Origin: Terrimicrobiaceae bacterium
Lineage (GTDB): Bacteria; Verrucomicrobiota; Verrucomicrobiia; Chthoniobacterales; Terrimicrobiaceae
Assembly (NCBI GenBank): GCA_041752695.1
Contig: JBGSVZ010000043.1
Coordinates: 41,045-105,044, forward strand
Length of the DNA: 64,000 bases
Reading direction: 5' to 3'
Shown: positions 39,878 to 49,660 of the stretch, piece by piece
How positions within the stretch are numbered: the first letter of the stretch is position 1
Layout: each line of letters begins with the position of its first letter
The notes under the pieces: generated by a model
The model's database searches: none
Told to the model about the DNA's origin: nothing
What the model saw: only the letters and a program-made list of their open reading frames with translations
Position numbers and translations under genes: made by a program

Positions 39878-39895
39878 AAATATACCGGTGAATTT
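39878..39895. promoter_or_regulatory. Operator copy upstream of the DUF4838 operon
   Basis: AAATATACCGGTGAATTT just downstream of TATGAT (39869-39874). Confidence 0.65.
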
Positions 39896-39936
39896 TTCTT
39901 GCCGGGAATGAATCGACTGACCATGGTGAAAAGATC

Positions 39937-42501
39937 ATGAGGCGATTTTTTGCGGTCTTTCTGGGCATGTCAGCATGGTGTCTTGGGGCAGGTGCGGTGG
40001 AGGTGGTGAATGACGGCAAAGTGGCTTTGCCGATTGTGGTTTCGGATAAAGCTCCCGAATCGACCCGGCAGGCGGCGGAGCAACTAGCCAAGGTGTTGGG
40101 CCAAATCTCGGGTGTGACGCCGGAGGTGGTCCATGCCCTGCCAGAAGGGGCCAGAGGAGCGATTTGGGTGGGCTACGATGAAAAGCTGGCCAAGATATTT
40201 CCGGGAGTTGATCTTTCGTGGAAGCATCCGGAAGAAATTCTCATTCTCAGCCGTGGCGGGAATGTCGCGCTTCTCGGCCGGGACCGTCAGGTTGAAGGGA
40301 TTGAGACCGAAGCGGGCACGGCCAACGCGGTCTTCACCTTCCTGCAAAAAAATCTCGGGGTGCGCTGGCTCTGGCCTGGGGCGCTCGGTGAGGACTATCC
40401 ATCAAACCCAACCGTATCGGTGGCCGATCAGGAATATCGGTTTCATCCTCTTTTTGTGCAGCGCTCCGTTTTTCGGAATCTCCACAAAAGCTCCCTGGGC
40501 AATCCAGCAACTCTGTGGTGCCTGCGCGAACGCATCTATTATGACTCCTTTGATTTTCCGGCAGGCCACGCCTTTGGCGATTGGTGGGAAAAATATGGCA
40601 AGGACCATCCGGAGTATTTCGCGCTCCAGCCGGACGGAACCCGGGGCACCTTTCCGGCACGCAGCAACCGGAAAAAACTCTGTGAATCCAATCCCGCCGT
40701 CTGGCAGCAATGGCTGCTTGATGCCGCGGCGGAACTCGCGGCGAATCCGGCTCAACGTGTCATCAATGGTTCGCCGAACGACAGCGCCAACTCGGGCATT
40801 TGCGTGGATCCCAACTGCAAAGCCTGGGACCATCCCAAAGGCAAACTTTGGCGTTACGAATGGGCTGGGATGGTTAAAGAGGAACCCGCCATGACGAATC
40901 GCTATGTGACGTTCTGGAACCATTTGGCCGGACTTTTGAAGGAAAAATTTCCCAAGAAGGATGTCTATGTCGGCGGAATGGCCTATGGCCCTTCGAAGCC
41001 GCCGCCCATTGACCTCAAAGTCGCTGATAACATCGCGATTGGGTACGTCGGCCATCTTCCCATGCTCGACGACCGGCGCCGTCACGAAGAATATGCGGAA
41101 ATCGCAGAGTGGGGAAAAGCGACCAACAACCTGTTCTTCCGGCCAAACATTGCGCTGTATTCCGGTGGCTTCCACGCTATTCCCTCAGTCACTTTTAAAA
41201 ACACCATCGCGGATTTTCGATTCCTGGCGGAGAACAACTGCCGGGGACTCATCATTGATACGCTGCCTGATCATTGGGGCACCCAGGGACCGATGTATTA
41301 TCTGATGGCGCAGTTGGCTTGGGACCCTCTGCAGGACGGGGAGGCTGTGCTGGCCGACTATTATGCTCGAGCCTTTGGTCCCGCGGCGAAACCGATGCGC
41401 GCCTATTTCGATGTGATGGAGGCCGCGCATCAGGCGATTATCGAACGTCCGGATTGGATTCACTCCGGTCGCATGGCAAAGCCGCTTTCCGAGTTCATGA
41501 TTGCGGAAGCCTTCTCCCCCGATGTCCTGGCCAAAGGGCGGGTGCATCTCAAGGAAGCGGCGGAACTGGCGGCGGGTAATCCCAAGTATACCGAGCGGGT
41601 GAAATTCTTTAGCAAAGGGGTGGATTTTACCGAGCAACTTATTGCCACGATGAAAGTGATGAACCGGGTGCGGGAGTCCGGCGGGAAAGACTTGGAAGCC
41701 GTGGCTGAGGCCCAACAGTTGGTTGCCGCGCGGGAGGCTTTCTTTGACGCCGAGGATGCTTATGCAAAAAAGACGGGCGGGATCCCCCCGATTTCCGCCC
41801 ATCGCTTCAGGGTCACGTATACTCAAACCCGGAACATGTTCGACCACCTTGGGCCGGTTTCCGAGGTCTTTCTCGAAGCAGCAGCCGCCGAGAAAGCCAA
41901 TCCCACCCGGACGGGCAAAACGTCCGGTGAGGAAAAAAAATCCCCTTCGGGCGAGGCCGCGACCGGCGGAACCGATTTTCGCTGGACGGGCAGGGCAGGG
42001 AACGGACTGTGGGACACTCCAGAAAATTGGGAAGTGCGCACGGAGAAGGGCTGGAATCCCGCGAAAAATCCACCCGGTAAGGGCAGCACTGTCTTTCTGG
42101 GCAATGAAGCGGACGTCGCCAAACGTGAGCTTAACCTCACGGCCAATGTCGAGTTGGCGAGAGTGTTTATCACCTCCAAGGATCCCAAAGGCGCTTATGT
42201 GATCCAGACCCGGCCCGATGCGGACACCGAGGGGTTGGATTCCGATAGCGGCATGCTCTTTACCCTCACTCTGAGTGATCCCATGCCGATCCAGCAGGAG
42301 CCAGGCACCGGCGCTGCCCTTGCAGTTCGATCCAAGCTAGCCCTAACAGGCGGGCCAACCCCTTTGGTTCGCCTCGACAGCACCAGTGGAGCCGTCGTGG
42401 AAATCTCCGGTCAGATTATCGAGGGGATGCCCCAGGAAAAACGGAGTGGCGGGGTTTCGAAGGGTAAACTTGTGATCGGCTCTCCTGCCAAACCGCTCTA
42501 A
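39937..42501 (+). CDS. Secreted DUF4838-domain glycoside-hydrolase-like protein
   Basis: Signal peptide, GH67/GH20-like N-domain (AA..LA..L.QISG, LGVRWLWPG), HPEYFAL, LCESNP, SPND and YLMAQLAWDP. Confidence 0.8.
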   Translation: MRRFFAVFLGMSAWCLGAGAVEVVNDGKVALPIVVSDKAPESTRQAAEQLAKVLGQISGVTPEVVHALPEGARGAIWVGYDEKLAKIFPGVDLSWKHPEEILILSRGGNVALLGRDRQVEGIETEAGTANAVFTFLQKNLGVRWLWPGALGEDYPSNPTVSVADQEYRFHPLFVQRSVFRNLHKSSLGNPATLWCLRERIYYDSFDFPAGHAFGDWWEKYGKDHPEYFALQPDGTRGTFPARSNRKKLCESNPAVWQQWLLDAAAELAANPAQRVINGSPNDSANSGICVDPNCKAWDHPKGKLWRYEWAGMVKEEPAMTNRYVTFWNHLAGLLKEKFPKKDVYVGGMAYGPSKPPPIDLKVADNIAIGYVGHLPMLDDRRRHEEYAEIAEWGKATNNLFFRPNIALYSGGFHAIPSVTFKNTIADFRFLAENNCRGLIIDTLPDHWGTQGPMYYLMAQLAWDPLQDGEAVLADYYARAFGPAAKPMRAYFDVMEAAHQAIIERPDWIHSGRMAKPLSEFMIAEAFSPDVLAKGRVHLKEAAELAAGNPKYTERVKFFSKGVDFTEQLIATMKVMNRVRESGGKDLEAVAEAQQLVAAREAFFDAEDAYAKKTGGIPPISAHRFRVTYTQTRNMFDHLGPVSEVFLEAAAAEKANPTRTGKTSGEEKKSPSGEAATGGTDFRWTGRAGNGLWDTPENWEVRTEKGWNPAKNPPGKGSTVFLGNEADVAKRELNLTANVELARVFITSKDPKGAYVIQTRPDADTEGLDSDSGMLFTLTLSDPMPIQQEPGTGAALAVRSKLALTGGPTPLVRLDSTSGAVVEISGQIIEGMPQEKRSGGVSKGKLVIGSPAKPL

Positions 42502-43449
42502 ATGGAAATCACGTCCACACCACCAGTCCACACCCGCCGGATCTGGCAGGGCGCACCCCATTGCGCCTTCACCGATCTGGTCTTGTTCGAAGGTCGCTGG
42601 TTGTGCTGTTTTCGGGAGTCCGATGCCCACGCCCTCGGGCGGCTCGGTGTCATTCGCATCCTGGAAAGCCGGGATGGCGAAGCCTGGCAGTCCGCCCATG
42701 TTTTTGCCGACCCGGGCTATGATTTGCGCGATCCGCATTTTTCGCAGCCGGGGGATGGAAGGCTGATGATGAACTTTACCGGCCGTACGCAGGTCAACGG
42801 CCTTTATGAGGATGTCTTATCCTTTGCGGCATTCTCCCGGGACGGCGTCGCCTGGAGTGATGCGGTGCCGATCGAGGCTGATGGATATTGGATCTGGCAG
42901 GTTCGCTGGCACGAAGGGACGGCCTATTCGTGGGCGCGCAAAATCGTCGAAGGACTGCCCTACGGATTTTTCCGCAGTGCGGATGGGATCCACTGGGAGC
43001 GGCTGATCGCCATGGATGGCGGAAATGAGACCGCGATCACCGTCTTGCCGGATGGCAGACTAATGGCCTTCCGGCGACGGAATGATGCAGAGGTGGGAAT
43101 TAGCTCTGCTCCGTTTCTCGATTGGGAGTGGACTCCGCAGGGACGCTACGCCGGAGGTCCGGGACTGCTCGTTTTGTCAAGCGGACGAGTGCTGGCGGGA
43201 TGCCGCTATCATCGTCCCAACATGCCGCGCGAGGAAAAATCCTATTTTGCCCTGTCGCTGGTGGATTTGGATCAGCTTTCGCTTCTGCCCGTCATAGATT
43301 TTCAAGGCGGCCGGGATTGCGGCTATCCCGGGATGGTCGAACACGGCGGCGAAATCTGGGTGAGCCATTATGCGGGGAGCAAAACGGAAAGCGCCATCTA
43401 CCTTTCACGCGTTCCCACCCGCCTGTTCGGGGTTTCATCCGGAACTTAA
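42502..43449 (+). CDS. BNR/Asp-box beta-propeller, sialidase-like
   Basis: HCAFTDL..F, FRE..H, SRDGEAW / SRDGVAW / SADGIHW, DLRDP, NET and DCGYPG. Confidence 0.78.
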   Translation: MEITSTPPVHTRRIWQGAPHCAFTDLVLFEGRWLCCFRESDAHALGRLGVIRILESRDGEAWQSAHVFADPGYDLRDPHFSQPGDGRLMMNFTGRTQVNGLYEDVLSFAAFSRDGVAWSDAVPIEADGYWIWQVRWHEGTAYSWARKIVEGLPYGFFRSADGIHWERLIAMDGGNETAITVLPDGRLMAFRRRNDAEVGISSAPFLDWEWTPQGRYAGGPGLLVLSSGRVLAGCRYHRPNMPREEKSYFALSLVDLDQLSLLPVIDFQGGRDCGYPGMVEHGGEIWVSHYAGSKTESAIYLSRVPTRLFGVSSGT

Positions 43450-43492
43450 AGTCATGCCGAAGCGAACTCGAAAAACCTGCGACCATGCTCCC

Positions 43493-44296
43493 ATGGAGTT
43501 TTCTATTCTTGCCATCGGTGCCCATGCCGACGATCTGGAGCTGCAAATGGGAGGCACGCTGGCCAAATACCATGCCGCCGGGTACGACATTGGATACGTG
43601 ATGGCGACGAACAACATGTCCGGGGGCGAGAAAGCCGTGCAGGACGATGGCGATCCGCGCCCCATCTATCTCCGCTCCCAACAATTGAGAAAAAGCGAGG
43701 CGGAGGCCGCTGCGAAATTTTACGGAACAACGGCCATTCACCTTGATCATCCGCAGAGGCATTATCGTCGAGCGGATGGCGACCGGGTCACGGTGGATTA
43801 CGGAAGCCCCGTTCCTGAAGGCGTTGATTCAGAAACTCCCTGCATCATTGCCGCCCATGAACACAAGCCGTCGCTCGAGCGTGTCTGCGAGCTGATTCTC
43901 GAACATAACGCTGAAGCCGTTTTCACGCATGGCGGGCCGATGCGCAATATTGAGCATTTTGCCACCCAGTTGTTGGTCACTCAGGCCTATTGGAACGCCG
44001 TCGAACGCGGTTACGAAGGCATGCTCCTCCACTGGCACGACCTTGGCGTCAATAGCTTCTTCGAGGCCTATAAACACTGGGATACTTACGTTGATATCAG
44101 TGATTTCTGGGACGCCAAGCTGCACGCTTCCGCGCTCCACAAAAGCATGAAACCCGATCCGGCATCTCTGGACTGGCCGCAATGGGGGCCGGCTTGTGGC
44201 TGTCGTCATGCCGAGGTGTTCACCATCGTCGGACGGAACCGGAGGCCGGTTCAATATGGCGCGTTGACCCTCGAGCTCCTGCAAAACGAGCGGTGA
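43493..44296 (+). CDS. PIG-L/LmbE family deacetylase (paralog of 37933-38802)
   Basis: IGAHADDLE..GGTL, YVMATNNMSG, HLDHPQRH and NIEHFAT. Confidence 0.85.
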   Translation: MEFSILAIGAHADDLELQMGGTLAKYHAAGYDIGYVMATNNMSGGEKAVQDDGDPRPIYLRSQQLRKSEAEAAAKFYGTTAIHLDHPQRHYRRADGDRVTVDYGSPVPEGVDSETPCIIAAHEHKPSLERVCELILEHNAEAVFTHGGPMRNIEHFATQLLVTQAYWNAVERGYEGMLLHWHDLGVNSFFEAYKHWDTYVDISDFWDAKLHASALHKSMKPDPASLDWPQWGPACGCRHAEVFTIVGRNRRPVQYGALTLELLQNER

Positions 44297-45480
44297 CAGA
44301 AAAAGCTACTTTCGAAATTTTCGACGCGCGCACGATTTGCGCGCAGCCGGGGAAATATCTCGGCTGGCCAACCGCGGCGGTCGCGCCGGACGGCGCTGTT
44401 TATGCCGTGTTTTCCGGTGACCGCGATGCGCACGTCTGTCCCTTCGGGAAGATTTTTTTGATGCGTTCTTTGGATCAGGGGCAGACTTGGACCGTCCCAC
44501 GAATTGTGGCTGATACCCCGTTGGATGACCGCGACGCTGGGGTCTGTGTCTGTCCGGATGGAACCGTAGTGGTTTCCTGGTTTACCTCCCATTTTGCCGA
44601 TTACGCCTGGCAATATAAAGTGGAGTACACCCGGTGTTACCCGTCGGCCGAGAACCGCTGGCCTGCCTGGGAAACGAGCCTTGCGAGAATCTCACCAGCA
44701 GACATTTCCCAATGGGCACCATCGTATGCTTCGCCGGACCAAGGCGACTTTTTGAAGCGTTGGCTGGGATTTTGGACGATGCGATCGAAGGACGGCGGGG
44801 CGACATGGGATGCGCCGACGCTTTCCCCTGTTTATGCGCCTCATGGCCCAACCGTGCTGGCGAATGGCGATCTGTTTTATGTCGGGATGCGCCATCTGGC
44901 GCGACCTCAGGGGGAGGAATCCATTGGTGCCGCGCTCTCCCGGGATCAGGGGCGAACCTGGGAGTTGCTTGCGACGATTAACGGCTTCCCTCCTTATCAC
45001 GGCTCAGCCCCCAACGGTTTTGCCCGTCTCGCCGAGCCTCACGTGGTCGAGACGCAGTCTGGAAAACTCATTGGCATGGCCCGCTATGAGGAAACGAAGG
45101 ATCCGCTAAGACCTTTCCAAAGTCATCTTTGGCAATTTGAAAGTCAGGATGGCGGCAGGACCTGGAGCCCGCCGCGAAAGACGGAAATTGTCGGCAAGCC
45201 TCCCTTTCTCAGCGTAACGGGCAACGGCGATATTCTGGTTTCCTATGCCTACCGTCACGAGCCTCACGGCGAACGCGCGTGTTTTTCTCATGATGACGGA
45301 AAGACGTGGGATTACGGGGAGGAAGTCGTGATTGACGACGCCCCTTGGCGGGATCACGGGTATGTCTCGACTGTTGAGCTTTCCCGCGAGAACTTTCTCA
45401 GCGTTTCCTATCGGAAGTCAGGTCAGCACGACAAGACGGTGCTGCGCGCGACGCGCTGGCGGCGCGTGGAAGGCCGGTAA
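44293..45480 (+). CDS. BNR-repeat sialidase-family (GH33-like) protein
   Basis: Five Asp boxes (SLDQGQTW, SKDGGATW, SRDQGRTW, SQDGGRTW, SHDDGKTW), DDRD, EP and DHGY; GTGA overlap. Confidence 0.83.
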   Translation: MTEKATFEIFDARTICAQPGKYLGWPTAAVAPDGAVYAVFSGDRDAHVCPFGKIFLMRSLDQGQTWTVPRIVADTPLDDRDAGVCVCPDGTVVVSWFTSHFADYAWQYKVEYTRCYPSAENRWPAWETSLARISPADISQWAPSYASPDQGDFLKRWLGFWTMRSKDGGATWDAPTLSPVYAPHGPTVLANGDLFYVGMRHLARPQGEESIGAALSRDQGRTWELLATINGFPPYHGSAPNGFARLAEPHVVETQSGKLIGMARYEETKDPLRPFQSHLWQFESQDGGRTWSPPRKTEIVGKPPFLSVTGNGDILVSYAYRHEPHGERACFSHDDGKTWDYGEEVVIDDAPWRDHGYVSTVELSRENFLSVSYRKSGQHDKTVLRATRWRRVEGR

Positions 45481-45592
45481 TTCAGGGAAGCTCCACTTCA
45501 ATCGCTGCGACCGGCGGGAGATAAGGCCAGTCGTCCGTCCGAAAGGGCGCGGCAGGGAGATTCGAGGCGTCTGGGTCGCGGGATCGTTTCCA

Positions 45593-46044
45593 TCATTGGC
45601 TGCGTCCCCGGAGGTCAATGGGATAGACATCAACCACGATGTCGCCATCGGTCGCAAAGAGGACGTCAAAGAGATTGACCGTCGGATCGCAATGGGAAAG
45701 CGACAGCCGGAGTTTTTGTCCGACAGAGAAGGTCCTTACTGGGGAAGCCGGGGTGATTTTGCCATATTCGTCTCCGAACCATTCGAAAGTCCCCGCATTG
45801 AGGGGATCGACGATGCGTGGGATACCACCATCGCGGTACAGGGCCTTCAGTCCCGCATCAACGGTGGCAAAATTGGATGGGCCGCATTGACTACCGTGAC
45901 GAGCAAGGACAGGGACGATTCGAATGGTGGGTTTTTGTCCCGCCACTCGATCGCCAAATATTCCTCGTTCATGAAAAGATAGCTCCCCGCCTGAATTTCT
46001 GTGACGAAGGGAAGTTGATCGACAAGAAGACACGGGGTGGGCAA
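45593..46044 (-). pseudogene. C-terminal remnant of a DSD1/D-threonine-aldolase-like PLP enzyme, frameshifted
   Basis: TEIQAGSYLFMN in one frame; after a shift near 45872, VDAGLKA..GDEYG..SHCDPTVNLFD..PIDLRGRSQ. The N-terminal barrel is absent. Confidence 0.78.
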
Positions 46045-46072
46045 GGACTCTGGCTCCCAAAAAACTCATCAT

Positions 46073-47632
46073 TCAGTTCCCGGCGTCATTTCCCGAATCG
46101 GGGACGCCCATCGTCTGAGCGGGAGTCTTAGGCGTCCACTGATCGGAACGGAAGGGAGGTGCGGGCAGCCCGTCCGTATCAAAGAGGCTGATCGATGGGG
46201 CATTCCGCCAGGCGTAGCGGACGGCGACGGGACGGGAAACTTGCGGTGAAGCGACGAGCAGCGTTTTCCCATCGATCGACGCAGACGCGGCATGGAAGTT
46301 CTGATCCTCACCGGCAACCTCGAACGCCGCCAGTTCCACCGGTTGCAACACCAGTTCCTTTTCGGATTGAAAATGGAGCCGGAGGCGGCGCCCTTCCTCG
46401 GTGGTGCGCTCGAAGACGGGGCCCGAGGTGTTGATGCGTCGCGCAAAAGTTCCCGCCAGGGCCACGGCGGCCAGTCGCCGTCCGGCTTCCTGTTTGTTCG
46501 TGTAATGGGCATCTTTCGGGTCCCCGATGTCAACCGTGATCGCGGTGCCCGTATTAGGCAGGGAGAGGGCTTCCAACTGAGCCTCCCGGAGAAACGCCCA
46601 GGTCTGTCCGGTGGTGTCTTGTTTGTGATCAAAGTTAGCCAATTGGACGAAATAGAAAGGGAGGTCTCCCTGGGCGAAATCTTTCCGCCAGTCGGTGATC
46701 AAAGCCTTGAACAGCGTCCCATATTGATCGAATCGGGCGGTATTGGCTTCACCTTGATACCAGATAAAGCCTCGAAGACCATACGGAATGAAGGGGTGGA
46801 CCATGGCATTAAACAGCCCGCTAGGGGTCCATCGGCTCACGGCTCCCTGTGGTTCGCGGGGCTTGTCCGCGGGAAGGGCGCCAGCACTCTCCCAGGTTGT
46901 TAGTTTTCTCTGATAGACGGCAAGATCAACTTCGTAGTCGGCAAGATACTGTTTCCACCATTCGTCAATTTTATCTTTGAGAGGCGAGGCTTGCAGGGTG
47001 GGGGAACTCATCCAGGATTCAATCTGCGTGCCACCCCAGCTGCTGTTGATGATGCCGATCGGAACCTGGAGTTCTTTGTGGAGTTCACGAGCGAAATAAT
47101 ACCCGACGGCGGAAAATGAGCCAACGCTGTTTGGCTGGCAAATAGACCACTTGGCGCGCTTCCCGGTGAGAGATTCCTGAGGGGTTTCGGAAACATTAAA
47201 CCACACCTTGAACATTCGGATCTGGGGATGGTTTGCGGTTGCGGCCTCCTCCTGCGCGTTCCGGCACTTGGAAACGGTGTGCTGCATGTTGGACTGGCCT
47301 GAGGCAAACCAGACGTCGCCGACCAGGACGCCTTGAATATCTGTCGCGCCTGACACGGACCCGGTGACTTGCAAGCTAGCCCCAGAGCTGGAAGCCGGCA
47401 TGGCGTCGAGGAGGACCTTCCATCGGCCGGCGCTATCCGCGGCGGTTTCTTTCTTCTGACCACTGAACGTTACGGTGATGATTTCAGCGGGTTCGGCTTT
47501 TCCCCAAACGGGAACCGTCTTTTCGCGTTGGAGGACGGCGTGATCCGTGAACAAAGGTGCAAGGGTGATTTCCGCGCGGACGGGCATGCAAATGCTAAGT
47601 GTCAAGCAGGCAAGGAGAAGGCGGTTTTTCAT
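46073..47632 (-). CDS. Sialate O-acetylesterase (SASA, SGNH-type), secreted
   Basis: LFTDHAVLQRE, GDVWFASGQSNM, WGGT.IESW, WYQGEAN, PFYFVQLAN, VRYAW and PFRSD. Confidence 0.9.
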   Translation of the reverse strand: MKNRLLLACLTLSICMPVRAEITLAPLFTDHAVLQREKTVPVWGKAEPAEIITVTFSGQKKETAADSAGRWKVLLDAMPASSSGASLQVTGSVSGATDIQGVLVGDVWFASGQSNMQHTVSKCRNAQEEAATANHPQIRMFKVWFNVSETPQESLTGKRAKWSICQPNSVGSFSAVGYYFARELHKELQVPIGIINSSWGGTQIESWMSSPTLQASPLKDKIDEWWKQYLADYEVDLAVYQRKLTTWESAGALPADKPREPQGAVSRWTPSGLFNAMVHPFIPYGLRGFIWYQGEANTARFDQYGTLFKALITDWRKDFAQGDLPFYFVQLANFDHKQDTTGQTWAFLREAQLEALSLPNTGTAITVDIGDPKDAHYTNKQEAGRRLAAVALAGTFARRINTSGPVFERTTEEGRRLRLHFQSEKELVLQPVELAAFEVAGEDQNFHAASASIDGKTLLVASPQVSRPVAVRYAWRNAPSISLFDTDGLPAPPFRSDQWTPKTPAQTMGVPDSGNDAGN

Positions 47633-47645
47633 GAGATGCCGTTCC

Positions 47646-48434
47646 TTAATAGAGACTCTGCAGGGCTGCAGGGGCGTCGCCTGCGTGGGCGAGTTTTTGC
47701 CGGGCGGTTTCCGCGGCAGTTTTTGATCCGCCCGCGAGGAAGCCCACATCGCCACCGGCCACGATATGCGTGGCGCCGTTTTCCAGGCAGATTCGGAACA
47801 TATCGCCTCCCATGCCGACACAAAGCAGCGCCTTGTGCAGAGGCCGGCATGCCTCAGCCATGCGGGCAATGGCCGCGCCGACCATTCCTTCGTCGCCGGT
47901 GGTGTCGATTTCCACACCCTGCCGCAGAAGATAGTCATCGGGGCCGAGGAAAAGACCGTCCACTCCAGGCAGGGCAGCGATCGCCGCGGTATTTTCCAAA
48001 GCCTCTGGAGACTCGATCTGGCAGATCAGCCAGGGTTTGCGGTCGGGTTCGCGCACATAACTCCGTCCATGAAGGTCAATAGGGCGACGCCCGCCGAAGG
48101 ACCGGTTTCCAAGGGGGGGGAATTTCGCGGCTTGGATAATCCGGCCGGCCTGTTCGACGTTGTCCACTTGGGGAACAATTACTGCGTCCGCCCCCATGTC
48201 GAGCGCAAGCCCGATCCAGGAAGGTTCGTGTCCGGGCACGCGGACGAAGGCTGGTTTTCCTGCCGCCTGACAGGCCCTAACCATGGAAAGCATGGTGTCG
48301 TAACCGGCGATCTGGCCGTGCTGCCCATCCAACCAGACCCAGTCCCAATCCCTGCCGATGCGTTCAAGGATGGCTGGCGAAGGAAGCATGATGCAAAGGC
48401 CAAGTTGAATACTGTCAGGTGGATTAGTGATCAT
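47646..48434 (-). CDS. HpcH/HpaI aldolase family protein
   Basis: DWVWLDGQHG, VRVP, ALDMGA..VIVPQV, FPPLGNRSFG, QIES and DGLFLGPDD. Confidence 0.9.
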   Translation of the reverse strand: MITNPPDSIQLGLCIMLPSPAILERIGRDWDWVWLDGQHGQIAGYDTMLSMVRACQAAGKPAFVRVPGHEPSWIGLALDMGADAVIVPQVDNVEQAGRIIQAAKFPPLGNRSFGGRRPIDLHGRSYVREPDRKPWLICQIESPEALENTAAIAALPGVDGLFLGPDDYLLRQGVEIDTTGDEGMVGAAIARMAEACRPLHKALLCVGMGGDMFRICLENGATHIVAGGDVGFLAGGSKTAAETARQKLAHAGDAPAALQSLY

Positions 48435-49660
48435 AGATGTTTTGGAGTATCGGCCAGCCAGCGGTCAAAAAATGCCCAGGCGACCTGCTGGCATTCCGTG
48501 TCGAAACAATGCGGCTTTGGCGGAAAGAAGAATTGGAACCGTTCGGAGGCCCCGGCCCAGGCGTATCCGGCGCGCACGATTTCCGCGGCTTCGGCCATGG
48601 CTTCCGGCGCAAACAAGGGATCGTCCTGTCCGCAAATCACCAGTTTGGCGCGTGGCGCGGCGAGCGCGGCGATGTCAGGCAAATCCATTCTTCGCCAGAG
48701 CCCCGGCACCACGTGGGCTGGACCGATGGGCCCGATGAGTTTGTACGCTTGGGTCCAATCGCCGGTCGTGAACCAACAAGAACTGACGGAAGCCCGAATG
48801 CGGGGGTCGAGGGCGGCAAGAAAATGGGAGCGGTAACCGCCGCCCGATTGACCGATGCAGCCAATACGGTCTCCATCCACATCGGACCGCGTGAGGAGGT
48901 AATCCACGCAGCGCGAGTCATCGCCAAAATTGATCCCGGTCCAGGTGGTACCCGCCCACCCGACATACCGATGCGAGTATTCCAGCAACTCCTTGGCCGC
49001 GGTATCCAGTCGGTCAAATTCCCCCACCTCCAAGGCGAGAACATCCGGTCTCTCCGGCAGCCAGGGTGCAGATCGACTGGCCAGCAGCCGGGCTCCCCAA
49101 GGCAGGCGGGAACTGAAATGGTGCGCGTCGATGGCCAGCACGGCGTAACCCCCTGCCACGAGTTCCTCACCGACAAATTTCCCGCCATACGCCTGGTTGA
49201 GAAGTTCCACTAGTCGCGGATGGGACGCACCGAGCGGAAAGACGCGCTCTTTGCCGAGAATCATCGGTCCGCCCCAGCTGTGCAAAACGATCACGGTCGG
49301 AAAAGGTCCCGGACCGTGCGGTTTGGCAAACACTCCCGCGACCCTGCACCAGGCAGCGGTTTGAAAGGCAATATGCTCCAGGACATAGCCCGAGCGATTT
49401 TCGACGGCGACAACCTCCGGGTGAAGGTCGGGCGGGCCCGCTTCATAGGAGAGCGCGGACAACGTGAACTCGCGAGCTTCTCTTTGCCAGTCCGTAAAAG
49501 TGCCCCCTCCGTGGGTATCACGCCATCTCTGGAAACTCAGGTCGAGGGGGGCTGTGGCGCGGAGTCCGCGGAAGTAGGATTCCAGACTTCCATAAAGCCC
49601 GTCCGCCAGAAAATCCGCACGCCGGGACTGCCAGCGGGTCGGGGAACTGTCCGAAGTCAT
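48431..49660 (-). CDS. Alpha/beta hydrolase (dienelactone hydrolase / acetylxylan-esterase-like)
   Basis: P.VIVLHSWGG, DYL.TRSDVD..RIGCIGQSGGG, LAAPR, DPLF and PHCF. Confidence 0.85.
   Translation of the reverse strand: MTSDSSPTRWQSRRADFLADGLYGSLESYFRGLRATAPLDLSFQRWRDTHGGGTFTDWQREAREFTLSALSYEAGPPDLHPEVVAVENRSGYVLEHIAFQTAAWCRVAGVFAKPHGPGPFPTVIVLHSWGGPMILGKERVFPLGASHPRLVELLNQAYGGKFVGEELVAGGYAVLAIDAHHFSSRLPWGARLLASRSAPWLPERPDVLALEVGEFDRLDTAAKELLEYSHRYVGWAGTTWTGINFGDDSRCVDYLLTRSDVDGDRIGCIGQSGGGYRSHFLAALDPRIRASVSSCWFTTGDWTQAYKLIGPIGPAHVVPGLWRRMDLPDIAALAAPRAKLVICGQDDPLFAPEAMAEAAEIVRAGYAWAGASERFQFFFPPKPHCFDTECQQVAWAFFDRWLADTPKHL

Noticed and set aside
45481..45592. Possible structured ncRNA with a GAAA tetraloop
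   Set aside because: Stems are short and expected by chance at this GC content; no family motif recognised.
47633..47938. N-terminal extensions in the ORF track (also 38556, 43370, 44182, 51411, 52384, 57077, 62611)
   Set aside because: They overlap neighbouring real genes; downstream starts give signal peptides or 4-bp stop/start overlaps.
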